Source of the DNA: a virus
Taxonomy: Duplodnaviria > Caudoviricetes
Direction: 5' to 3' (one strand)
IMG/VR virus record: IMGVR_UViG_3300036900_000217
Location: 1-54,073 of that record
Length of the DNA: 54,073 nucleotides
The notes beneath the pieces were generated by a model, which was not told where the DNA came from, searched no databases, and worked only from the letters and a program-made list of their open reading frames with translations. The position numbers and the translations under genes were made by a program. This document shows, one piece after another, positions 18,461-27,600 of the stretch; the first letter of the stretch is position 1, and every line of letters begins with the position of its first letter.

Positions 18461-18489
18461 TTGACAGGACGCGGCGGCAGACGTACTCT
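18461..18489 (+). promoter_or_regulatory. Sigma70-type promoter of the capsid operon with overlapping palindrome
   Basis: TTGACA-N17-TACTCT. Inverted repeat CTGTCA-TCT-TGACAG (18453-18467) overlaps the -35. Confidence 0.75.
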
Positions 18490-18499
18490 TGCGTTGTGA

Positions 18500-18597
18500 G
18501 CCGGTAGGCGCGATGCCGAATCGGCGTAGAAAATAGCACCAACGGCGAGCGCGGGCGCGATGCCCTCGCTTGATCGGCCCAGGCGCGATGCCGGGGT
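18500..18597 (+). ncRNA. Structured 5' leader: three hairpins with identical GGC-GCGAU-GCC tips
   Basis: GGCGCGATGCC at 18507, 18554 and 18582, each extended by a different lower stem. Confidence 0.65.
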
Positions 18598-18664
18598 GAT
18601 GCGGATCGATGATGCTGTCCCTCGCGGACAGGTCTCGACTGCGTCACCCCGGCTTTTTCGTTTT
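18590..18664 (+). terminator. Intrinsic terminator/attenuator in the capsid leader
   Basis: 15-bp stem 18590-18604/18639-18653 (two G-U pairs) followed by TTTTTCGTTTT. Confidence 0.65.
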
Positions 18665-18689
18665 CACGCTCTTCTGAGGACAGCAGCCA

Positions 18690-19091
18690 ATGGCTCTCGT
18701 CACTCGCGATGCGAACGCCAGCGTCGACGCATCGTCGGCGATGTTCGCCCCCCAAATCACGGGGAACATCTACGCCGGTGAAGCGCTGTCCGCCTGCGCG
18801 GCGTGCTACATCAAGGCGTCGGACGGCAAGGTGTACCAGTCGAACGGCACCGCGGCGACGGAACCCGCGACGTTCTTCGGCTTCACGCCGGAACAGCGCA
18901 ACATCGGCGAGCCGGTGACGCTGCTCGGCCTCGGCCTCCGGATGCGCTACGGCACCGGCCTCACGATCGGCGCGAAGCTCTTCATCGCGGCCACGGCGGG
19001 CCTGCTCGACACCGCGGCCACGACGGGCGGCCTGACGGCGGTGGCCCGCGTGATCACCGCGACGGACATCCAAGTCATCGCGCAGTTCTAA
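18690..19091 (+). CDS. Capsid decoration/cement protein
   Basis: 133-aa Ala/Gly/Thr-rich beta protein immediately upstream of the major capsid gene. Confidence 0.7.
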   Translation: MALVTRDANASVDASSAMFAPQITGNIYAGEALSACAACYIKASDGKVYQSNGTAATEPATFFGFTPEQRNIGEPVTLLGLGLRMRYGTGLTIGAKLFIAATAGLLDTAATTGGLTAVARVITATDIQVIAQF

Positions 19092-19108
19092 CCGGAGCGA
19101 CCTGACTC

Positions 19109-20176
19109 ATGGCACAGAAAACAGGCACCTTCGACATTGGGTCACTGCTCGCGGTTCGCAATCTGTCCGCGGTCAAGTTCGGCCTGTCGACGGTCGAGCA
19201 AGTGCTCGCGGCCGACAACGAGAAGTACAACCTCCAGGTCCAGCAGGCGCTCACCGATCTCTGCGACACGTCGGACGATCGCCAGCGCGTCGCCGGGAAC
19301 TCGATCGGCGGCGACATGCAGGAAGCGAGCGAGTACTCGCGCATCCCGACGCAGCGCGACATTCCCTCGTACCTGATCGGCTTCCCGCTCCGCAAGTACC
19401 AGTTCGCGATCGGCTGGACGCGGGAGTGGGAGAAGAAAAAGACGCCGGCCGATTTCGCCATCTCGCAGCAGGCCGCGCAGGGCGCGAACCTCCGTCGCAT
19501 GCGGTATGAGATGCAGAAGGCGATCTACACGCCGACGAACACGTCCTTCGTCGATTTCCTCCGCGACAAGGCAACGCTCGCGGTCAAGGCGTTCATCAAC
19601 GCCGACTCGACGGCCATCCCGAACGGGCCGAACGGCGAAGTGTTCGACGGGACGACGCACACGCACTACACGGGATCTGCGACGCTCACCGTCGCGGCCG
19701 CGCAGGCGCTCATCACCAACGTCGTCGAGCACGGGTTCGGCGGACGTCTCCGGATCCACATCAATCAGGCCGACGTCGCCGCGTGGAGCGGCCTGACGGG
19801 CTTCGTGCCGCTCCAGGTGCCGTACGTGCAGATCAATCAGGCGGCGAACCAGGTCGCCGAGCCGCGGTTGGACATCACGCGCCTCGACAATCGGTTCATC
19901 GGCTATTTCAACGCCGCCGAAGTCTGGTCGAAGCCATGGGCGCCGGCAAACTACGCGTTCGCGACGGACGTCTCCTCGCCCGCCAAGCCGCTGCTGCGGC
20001 GCACGGACGACCTCGACCCGCAGGCCGGTCTCCACGTCGAGGCCGAGCTCGAGACGTTCCCGCTCCGCGCGCAGTATCAGGAAAACAAGTTCGGCTTCGG
20101 CGTGTGGAACCGGCTGAACGGCGCGGTCCTGCAGTTCAACAACGCCAGCTACTCGGCGCCGACGCTCACCTTCTAA
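19109..20176 (+). CDS. Major capsid protein
   Basis: 355 aa, strongly biased codons, position after scaffold and decoration genes, C-terminal KFGFGVWNRLNGAVL. Confidence 0.8.
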   Translation: MAQKTGTFDIGSLLAVRNLSAVKFGLSTVEQVLAADNEKYNLQVQQALTDLCDTSDDRQRVAGNSIGGDMQEASEYSRIPTQRDIPSYLIGFPLRKYQFAIGWTREWEKKKTPADFAISQQAAQGANLRRMRYEMQKAIYTPTNTSFVDFLRDKATLAVKAFINADSTAIPNGPNGEVFDGTTHTHYTGSATLTVAAAQALITNVVEHGFGGRLRIHINQADVAAWSGLTGFVPLQVPYVQINQAANQVAEPRLDITRLDNRFIGYFNAAEVWSKPWAPANYAFATDVSSPAKPLLRRTDDLDPQAGLHVEAELETFPLRAQYQENKFGFGVWNRLNGAVLQFNNASYSAPTLTF

Positions 20177-20206
20177 CCGGGCGCTGATCGCTCTCTCGAG
20201 GTTCTC

Positions 20207-20428
20207 ATGGCAGAAGCACTCCGGCCCGGCGGCCTGTACTACATCGGCGACACCGCCGTCGACGCGAATGGCGTCGAGATCAAGGACGCGCCGAAAAAGG
20301 ACAAGGACACGGACCCCAGCGAGCAGCCGGGTGCCGTTGGTGGACCGTCGGTCGATCCGATGGAGCGGCTGGCCGACATCCTCCAGGGGAGAACGGCTGC
20401 GAAGAAGCCCGCGGCCGACAAGCCGTAG
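20207..20428 (+). CDS. Small head-associated hypothetical protein
   Basis: GAGG RBS. PGGLYYIG..VDANG motif typical of genes that follow capsid genes. Confidence 0.6.
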   Translation: MAEALRPGGLYYIGDTAVDANGVEIKDAPKKDKDTDPSEQPGAVGGPSVDPMERLADILQGRTAAKKPAADKP

Positions 20429-20447
20429 CGAACTCGCGGGGGCGCGA

Positions 20448-20489
20448 GACGGGGCGGCGCGGAGGTTCGTCGCCGCCCCGTTGTTTTTT
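20448..20489 (+). terminator. Rho-independent terminator after the capsid genes
   Basis: GACGGGGCGGCG / CGCCGCCCCGTT stem followed by GTTTTTT. Confidence 0.85.
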
Positions 20490-20522
20490 GGGGGGATTTC
20501 ACCAGTCGCCGAGGAGGCATAG

Positions 20523-21083
20523 ATGGATTTGATTGCCACCGTCGGCGATCCGGCGGCCAATACCTACGCGCTGATCCCGGACGCCGACGCGTTAGCCGAG
20601 ACGCGCATCGGTGCCGCGGCGGCGGCATGGTTCGCCGCGAGCGACGACGACGGGAAATCCCGCGCGCTCATCACGGCGACGCGCGACATCGATTCCCTCG
20701 CCTCGGGCCCAGCGCTCAAGAGCGAGGTCGACTTCAAGGGCGCGCGCGAGACCGACACACAATCGTTGGAATTCCCGCGCGACTATCTCCCCGGTGTCCT
20801 GCCGCCGACGCTCGTCGCGGCGACGATCGAGCTGGCGATCGTCTACTATGCTGACCCGACGGGGGCCGCCCTCGAGCCGGTGCAATCCGGCATCACGAAC
20901 GTTAAGGCCGGCGACGTCTCAGTCACGTGGGACCCGCTCGCGCCGGCTTCCATCAACGGCACGATCTGGGCGCTCCAGCGATTGCCGGGCATCGTCCAAC
21001 GGCTCCTCGGCCCGCTCCTCATCGTGCGCATCCTCACGAACGTTGGGTGGGGCTTCGGCGGCGAAGCGCGGCGGAGCTCGTAA
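20523..21083 (+). CDS. Head-tail adaptor protein
   Basis: ANTY...ALITATRDID...FKG.R...QSLEFPR...ATIELA motif. Confidence 0.75.
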   Translation: MDLIATVGDPAANTYALIPDADALAETRIGAAAAAWFAASDDDGKSRALITATRDIDSLASGPALKSEVDFKGARETDTQSLEFPRDYLPGVLPPTLVAATIELAIVYYADPTGAALEPVQSGITNVKAGDVSVTWDPLAPASINGTIWALQRLPGIVQRLLGPLLIVRILTNVGWGFGGEARRSS

Positions 21084-21084
21084 C

Positions 21085-21459
21085 ATGGGGACCTACGCGG
21101 CGCTTATCCGGAAGGCGGTTCGAAGCATTCCCGCCGAACTGCGCACCGACGTCACGTTCGAGCGGCGGACGCAGGGCGCGTCCGATCCGACGACGGGCCT
21201 GCCAGGCGCGCCGGTCATCACGACGATCACTGGTGTCGGCATTGGCTCCGCGGGCGACGTCGACGAATACCTCGCGCTCGGCCTCGTGCAATCGTCGGCG
21301 CGCACCATCGAATTCATCCCCGACGCCGGTCAGGCCGAGACGCTGCCGCTCGAGGGCGACACGATCACATGGGCCGGCGCCGCCTACACCGTCAAGGCCG
21401 CGTATCCGACGCAGCCGGGCGGCGCGACGCTCGCCGCGCGCGTGGTGCTGTCGCGATGA
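21085..21459 (+). CDS. Head-closure protein
   Basis: Synteny and size, with DPTTG and PLEGDTITW...YTV motifs. Confidence 0.6.
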   Translation: MGTYAALIRKAVRSIPAELRTDVTFERRTQGASDPTTGLPGAPVITTITGVGIGSAGDVDEYLALGLVQSSARTIEFIPDAGQAETLPLEGDTITWAGAAYTVKAAYPTQPGGATLAARVVLSR

Positions 21460-21830
21460 CGGGCTTCGCGGACGCGATCCGGTCGTTCGGGCTCAAGGTG
21501 AAAGCCCAGAGCGAGAACGTCGTCGCTGGGTCGGCCATTGAAGTGCTCCGCTCAATCAAGACGGGCTCGGAGCTCACCGGCGCGCCCGGCCAGCCCGTCG
21601 ACACGGCCCGGCTCCTCAACTCGTGGCAGCTCGAGCAACTCTCGCGGCTGTTGTGGAGCGTCTCGACGAACGTCGAATACGCGCCGCCGATCGAAGAGGG
21701 CGTCGGCCGATTCGGACCGCTGACGCTGCGCAGCCAGGTCGGCGGCTTTCATTCCGTCGCGTCAACGCGCGCGAACTTCGATCGGATCGTCGCGTACGTC
21801 ACGCCACGTGTGCAGGGCGGGACGCCGTGA
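21456..21830 (+). CDS. HK97 gp10-like neck/tail-completion protein
   Basis: PVDTARLLNSW...TNVEYAPPIEEG motif. Confidence 0.8.
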   Translation: MTGFADAIRSFGLKVKAQSENVVAGSAIEVLRSIKTGSELTGAPGQPVDTARLLNSWQLEQLSRLLWSVSTNVEYAPPIEEGVGRFGPLTLRSQVGGFHSVASTRANFDRIVAYVTPRVQGGTP

Positions 21831-22477
21831 TTCACAATCACCTCGCCATGCAGCTCGCCATGCGCGCGCGTCTCATGACGCTCGTCGTGTCGACGACTGG
21901 CTCAGCAACCCTCGCGGCCACGCTCACGGGCTACGCGCGCTCGACGGGGTCGTTCGTCACCGACGGACTGGCGCCGGGCATGGAGCTCACGCCCTCGGGA
22001 TTCTCGTCGAACCCCGTGGGCACGATCAGCGACATGACCGCACTCGCGGTCTCGGTCTCCGGCACGCGTTCGGCGCAGGCCGCCGCGGCAGGGCGTTCGC
22101 TCGTCGTCGGCCTCCCATCGCTTCGCGCGTGGGAGAACGAGACGGTCGAGCCGATTCAGGGCCAGCCGTACGTCGAGGAGCAATACGTCCCCGGGCCTGC
22201 GGCTGTGCAGGAACTCGGGCCGGGCGCGCGGAGCGAAGCGCGCCCGATGTACTGCCCGCGGATCTTCGTCAAGTCGAACACGGCGATCGCGGCCGATGGC
22301 CGATACGCCGACGCAATTCTGGCGCTCTTCCCGCCTGGCCTCACCCTGACCGCAGCGGACGGCTCGCTCCTCTGCGTCATGTCCAGCCCCGCGCCGTACC
22401 GCGGCCAGCGTTTGCCTGGCGTCGCCGTCGGCTGGTCGTGCATCCCAATCACGATCCCGTTCTACACTCTCAACTGA
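21827..22477 (+). CDS. Tail terminator protein with inserted beta domain
   Basis: AWEN..P..QPYV...IF...AILALFPPG...W..PITIPF, plus an approximately 75-aa insertion (GSFVTDGLAPGM...). Confidence 0.65.
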   Translation: MIHNHLAMQLAMRARLMTLVVSTTGSATLAATLTGYARSTGSFVTDGLAPGMELTPSGFSSNPVGTISDMTALAVSVSGTRSAQAAAAGRSLVVGLPSLRAWENETVEPIQGQPYVEEQYVPGPAAVQELGPGARSEARPMYCPRIFVKSNTAIAADGRYADAILALFPPGLTLTAADGSLLCVMSSPAPYRGQRLPGVAVGWSCIPITIPFYTLN

Positions 22478-22487
22478 GCCTCCTCCT

Positions 22488-23399
22488 ATGGCACTCGAAG
22501 TCGGCACGCATGTCCTAGCGCGCTACATCCCGGAAGTGACGTGGGGGACGACGCCCGCCACGCCAACGATGCAGGCGCTGCGCGTGACGTCGGTGACGCC
22601 GAAATACTCGCGCACCACGGTCCAGTCGAAGGAACTCACGACCGCCGGTGAAATTCAGGACTATATCCGGACGAAAGAGGGCGGCGGCCTCGCGTTCAAT
22701 TTCGAGATGTCGTACGGCAACCTCGACGACATCCTCTCCGGGCTGTGGGGCGCCGCCTGGGCGACGAACGTGCTCAAGGTGGGCAATACGCGGGAGTCGA
22801 TGTCGTTCGAGCTCGGGTTCTCGGGCATCAACCAGTTCGCGCTCTACAAGGGCGCGATGTGGAAGACGCTCGCGTTGAGCGTCGTGAAGGGCCAAGTCGT
22901 GAGCGGGTCGGCTGAATTCGTCTCGCAACCGTGCGTCTGGTCAGCGACGACCGCCGCAACGTCAGTCACGGCGGTCGAGACCAACGGCATCATGGACCCG
23001 ATCGCCGGCTTCCAGTCGATGGCGGTCGCGTCCGTCGCGGTCGACGGTCCGCAGGAGTGGACGCTCTCGGTCACGCGAAACCTGATCGAGTTCGATCAGC
23101 TCGGGAGTTTGCAGTTGGCCGACCTGCAGCTCGGTCAGTTCGTCGCCACGGGAACCATCAAACAGTACTTCAAGGATCGGACGAACATCGACCTCGCCGC
23201 GGCCTATTCCGACAACGCGGTCGCCGTCTCGATCGGCGGTGCGTCGACGCTCAAGTACGACTTCCTCTTCAACAAGACGAAGCTCACGCTGTCGAACATC
23301 GCGAACCTGGTCGTCAACGGAGCCGCCGTGGTCGAGTTGGCGTACGAGTGCAAGACCGACCCGACGAATTCGACCGCGCAAGTCACCAGGCATCCGTAA
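22488..23399 (+). CDS. Major tail tube protein
   Basis: YIPEVTWGTTPATP...LRVT...SKEL...FEMSYG...LKVG...GTIKQYF motifs. Confidence 0.85.
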   Translation: MALEVGTHVLARYIPEVTWGTTPATPTMQALRVTSVTPKYSRTTVQSKELTTAGEIQDYIRTKEGGGLAFNFEMSYGNLDDILSGLWGAAWATNVLKVGNTRESMSFELGFSGINQFALYKGAMWKTLALSVVKGQVVSGSAEFVSQPCVWSATTAATSVTAVETNGIMDPIAGFQSMAVASVAVDGPQEWTLSVTRNLIEFDQLGSLQLADLQLGQFVATGTIKQYFKDRTNIDLAAAYSDNAVAVSIGGASTLKYDFLFNKTKLTLSNIANLVVNGAAVVELAYECKTDPTNSTAQVTRHP

Positions 23400-23412
23400 G
23401 TCGGAGGATTCG

Positions 23413-23608
23413 ATGGCGAAACGGAAGAAGCCGAAGCTCGGCACCGGGAAGCGATTCGCGTCGCTCAAGTCGTCGCTCGCCCAAGACGGGGGCGACGAAC
23501 CCCGACGCCCTGGCCGCGTACATCGGCCGCCAGAAGTTCGGCTCGGCCAGGTTCGCCAAGCTGTCCGCGCACAAGCGCGGCGGCGGCCGTCACAACATGG
23601 GCATCTAG
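23413..23608 (+). pseudogene. Small basic protein split by a +1 frameshift at about 23480-23482
   Basis: GGAGG RBS. MAKRKKPKLGTGKRFASLKSSLA continues in the +1 frame as KTGATNPDALAAYIGRQKFGSARFAKLSAHKR. Confidence 0.6.
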
Positions 23609-23620
23609 GAGGATTTTCGC

Positions 23621-23776
23621 ATGGCGAAAGCGAGAAAGGGAGTCATTCCGGCAGCACTGCGCCCGTTCGTGAAAAAGAAGAAGGCGGGCGCGAAATCGAA
23701 GGGCGGCAAGAAGCGCATGCCCGCGTCGCTGGCGCGGAAGCTCGGAAAGCCCGGGCTCGGGTCGACCGCGTACTAG
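23621..23776 (+). CDS. Small highly basic (histone-like) protein, 51 aa
   Basis: AGGAGG RBS. MAKARKGVIPAALRPFVKKKKAGAKSKGGKKRMPASLARKLGKPGLGSTAY. Below the ORF-track cutoff. Confidence 0.65.
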   Translation: MAKARKGVIPAALRPFVKKKKAGAKSKGGKKRMPASLARKLGKPGLGSTAY

Positions 23777-23785
23777 CAGTCCCTC

Positions 23786-23864
23786 GTGTTCGGCGTTCGT
23801 TGATCCTCTAGCCGTGAGCGGCATCCCCGGCGAGCGAGGGCCAGCGTTGACGGGCGCCGAGCAC
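23786..23864 (+). other. Long intergenic RNA hairpin upstream of the tail chaperone
   Basis: 18-bp stem 23786-23803/23847-23864 with several G-U pairs, plus inner stems. Confidence 0.55.
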
Positions 23865-23893
23865 TCCCCCTCAACTCGTGGAGCTGGCACGAA

Positions 23894-24403
23894 ATGACCA
23901 AGAAAGCGAAAAACGCCGTCGATCTCTCGGAGCTCGACACGTACGAACGCGGCGAAGAGCCGCAGCCCCTCGTCCTCATCGACCCGCGCGACGGCTCGCC
24001 CGTCGGCGGCAAAGAGGCGCCCGCGACGCTCTATGTCCTGAGCCTCGACGGCGAGACGATGGTCACGTGGAACGACGAACAGGCGAACAAGAACCTCAAG
24101 CGGACCACCTCGATGTCGAACGAGGAGGCGCGCGAATTTCTCATCGCCCGCTCGGCGCGCTGCCTGATGGCCCGTCCGTGGGTCAACGTCGAGTGGAAGG
24201 GCAAGCCCGTCCCGTTCAGTCTCACGAGCGCCAAGATGCTCATGACGCGCCTGCCGTGGGCGAAGAAGCAAGTCGATGCGCTGGCGAGTCGCGAGGCGGC
24301 GTTCCTGGGAAACTCATTGCCGCCCTCGTCGAGTTCGGACGACACCATTTCCGACTCGCCGAGCGGCCAGGAACCAGCGCTTCAACTGTCCGCGAATGGC
24401 TAG
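23894..24403 (+). CDS. Tail assembly chaperone (gpG-like)
   Basis: Lies between tail tube and tape measure genes and carries a slippery site near its end. Confidence 0.8.
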   Translation: MTKKAKNAVDLSELDTYERGEEPQPLVLIDPRDGSPVGGKEAPATLYVLSLDGETMVTWNDEQANKNLKRTTSMSNEEAREFLIARSARCLMARPWVNVEWKGKPVPFSLTSAKMLMTRLPWAKKQVDALASREAAFLGNSLPPSSSSDDTISDSPSGQEPALQLSANG

Positions 24404-24666
24404 AGGGAGCGCGCGACGTCGATCCGTCGGCCGCAGAGGCGCTCATTCCGCCACCGATCCCGGAGGGCGCGTTGTCGCTCTGGGATCTCTTCCTCGACCT
24501 GCACGTGAGCCGGCCGTATAGCGGCATGGGCGCGCCGGCGGGCATCTCGTACACGGAGATCGCGGCCTACGCCTCTGTGCGTGGCCGGCGGCTCGAGCGC
24601 GTGCACGTCGACGCCATTCGCGCGCTCGACCGCGCGTTTCTGACGAAGGGCGAGGTCGATGGCTGA
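24307..24666 (+). CDS. Tail chaperone gpGT extension via -1 frameshift at GGGAAAC (24307-24313)
   Basis: Heptamer G GGA AAC. The -1 frame reads GKLIAALVEF...LWDLFLDLHVSR...ISYTEIAAY...AIRALDRAFL, a typical T domain. Confidence 0.85.
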   Translation, partial: GKLIAALVEFGRHHFRLAERPGTSASTVREWLEGARDVDPSAAEALIPPPIPEGALSLWDLFLDLHVSRPYSGMGAPAGISYTEIAAYASVRGRRLERVHVDAIRALDRAFLTKGEVDG

Positions 24667-27600
24667 TCTCGCGACGCTACAGGTCAACATCGAGGGCGCG
24701 GGCGTCGACGAGATGACGGCGCGCCTCAACCGGCTCGCGGACGCTGGCGCGCGCGCGGAAGGCTCTGCAGGCACGGTGAGCGGCGCGGTGAACAACACGG
24801 CCTCGGCGGCGCGCGCTGGCGCGGCGGCGGTGGGCGGGTTCGGCGACGCGAATCTTCGCGCGGCCGAGGCGGCGAGCCATCATCAGATCACGCTTGGCCG
24901 CGTGGAGCGCTCGCTTGAGAGTTTCATCGTTCAGACCACGGGGGCGAACGAGCAGGTTGGTCTCCTCGCCGCCGCGTTCGGTCACTTGGAGATCGGAGCC
25001 GTCGGCATGATCGCAGTGCTCGGCGGCACGTTCGCCGTGCTCAAGGTCTACGAGCTGCTCACCGAGGACACGCGGAAGGCGCGCGAGGAACAAGACAAGC
25101 TCACGGAGTCGCTCGGCAAGTGGTATGACGCGCAGCAGCGCGGCGCCGGGGGCGGGTTCCTCCAACAGATCGGCGCCGAAGAAAAGGCGCTCGGCTCACT
25201 CCGAACCACGCTCGACAACACGCTGCGCGGCACGTCGGCAGGCGGCATTTTCGAGGTCTTCAAGGCCGACGTCGCCGCGATCGTCGCCGGCAGTTTCGAC
25301 CCGAACCAAGCCGGCATCGAGTTTACGACACGATGGGCGCAATACGTCCAGGCGCAGAAGGATGCGATCACGAAGGGCGAAGCCGAAGTGCAGGCCGCCG
25401 CGAAAGCGGCCTTCGCCGCGCTGATCGACGAGGGGCTGAAAAAGAATTCCGAGCAGTCAGGGGGCCTCGCTTCGCTGATCTCAGGCGGCCAAGCGTCGGG
25501 TGCCGTCTACGCCGACGCCTCGGCCGCGATCGCACGCTACCAGCACGCGCTCGATGGGCTGAGGCAGGCGTATAGTGGACTCTCCGACGCGAACAAGGAG
25601 TTGAACCTTCGCCAGCAAGCGGGCCTCCTCGCTGATCTCACGCAGCTCACCGACGCGCTCCACGCCGCCGAGATGCACCGGCTCGACGCGCTGACTGAAA
25701 CAACCGCCGAGGCGGAAAAACAGCGGGCGCTGCAGGATCTGCTAACAGTCGACGTCGTGAAATATTCCGCCGCCGTCCGCGACGGCCAGGTGGTTACCAA
25801 AGACGGTCAGATTGTGTACGAGTCGACCATCGCGACCACGGTACGGCTAACCGATCTGCTCGCGGCGGAAGAAGCCCAGCTCCGAAAGACGGCCGAGGCG
25901 ACGTCGATCCTCACGGCGGAGCAGAAGAAGGCGCTCGCCGGCGATCCGTTCCACATCACCGGCGGCCCGATCGGCGACCTGACGACGCTCGGCAACGAGG
26001 TGAAGAAGGACACGGCCGCGCTCAACGATTTCACGCGGCAGGGGCTCACCGACTACGCCGCCCAGATGACGAAGGCGGCCGAGATCACGCGACAGGCGAC
26101 CGACGAGGTGCATCACCTGTCGGAGACAGTCGGCCGCGAATTAGTCCGCGCCGTCGTCGATTTCGCGGCGTCGGGCAACATCTCGTTCAGCACCTTCTTG
26201 AAAGACGGGAGCAACCTCGCGCTCCGGATCGTGGGCCAGTTCGATCAGGGCGTGAGCGAGCTGCAGGGGAAGCTGAAAGAGGCGATGAAGATTGGCGGCG
26301 TGGCCGGGGAGAGTGCGGTCGCGACGATCAAGGGGCAGCTCGATCAGCTCGAATCTCAGGCCGCAAAGATCAAGGACCTCGCCGCTGGGATTGGCGGCCT
26401 CTCGCTCGGCTATTCCCTCGGCCAGCAAGGGCAAGCGGGCCTCGGCGCTGTCGGCGGTGCGGCGCAAGGGTTCCTGACGGCTGGCCCGGGCGGCGCCGCG
26501 ATCGGCGCTGTCGCTGGTGTAGTCGGCGGCCTCCTCGGCGCGGCGCAAGCACACCGCGAAGCCGCGGCCGCGCTACATGCGGCTGGTGACAGAATCCAAG
26601 CGTCGCTGCAGAACTTCGCCGGGTTCAGCGGGCCGACCGCGGCGCTCGCGCAGAACGCGGCAACGTACCAGCAACTCCGCAGCGCGATCATCGACGACAT
26701 TCGCGAGGCGGCGCACCAGGGAGACCGGGGAGCGTTTCAGACCGGCGTCACGCAATTGGGTCAACTCGACGCGGAGAACGCGGCAAACGCGCAACGGATC
26801 GTTCAGAACTTCTTCGCGGGCCTCACGCAGCAACTGAACGCACTGAACGGCCCGGCGGGCAACTACCAGAACGCGCTCGACGCGCTCAACAAAGAGTATG
26901 CCGACAACGTCGCGACCATCGAGGCGACCTTCGGCGGCCAAGACAAGCTCAATCAGGCGACAGAGCTCTACCAGAAGAAACTCGACGCGCTCAACGCGGC
27001 CTACGCCGAAGCGGCCAAGCAGCTCCAGTTCTCGCTCGACGCGCGCGAGGCGTATGCGAAGGGCCTGACAGCGGAAGGCGACGCGATCGCGCGGCGCGCG
27101 CAAGAGGACAAGGAACTCTTTGACGCTCAGCAGGCGGGCTACACCGACGCCCAGATCGCGCAACTGAAATACATCCAGGGCCTCGAGGACGAGGCGGCGC
27201 TCAAGAAACAACTCGCTGACGCGAACAACGCCCTCGCGCAGAATCTCGCTGGGGGCCCTGGCGGCACGGCGGCGTCTGCATTGGCGGCGTCGCTCGCGCC
27301 GCTGTTGCAGAAACAGGCAGCGGATCAGGAGGCGTATAACCAAGCCGTGATCGACGGGGTCGACCCGATGACGCAACTCGCCTTGCAGGTGACGCTCGCC
27401 GCCGACGCGGCCGCGATTGCCGCGACGGCTTTTCAGGCGACCGTCGCCGCGCTGCAGCAGTCGACATCGGACATCGAGAATGCGGTCTCGGGTGGGTTTA
27501 TCAGCGGCGCGTCTGGGCTCGCCGGCGAGCGGTCCAACCTCGGCACGCTCTTCGGCATCGATCCGTCGACGATCACCGATGCGCTACTCAAATCGCTCTA

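Noticed and set aside
18500-18597. Mini-CRISPR array
   Set aside because: Repeats are only 11 bp with unequal spacing (47 and 28 bp), the spacers base-pair as hairpin stems, and no cas genes are present.
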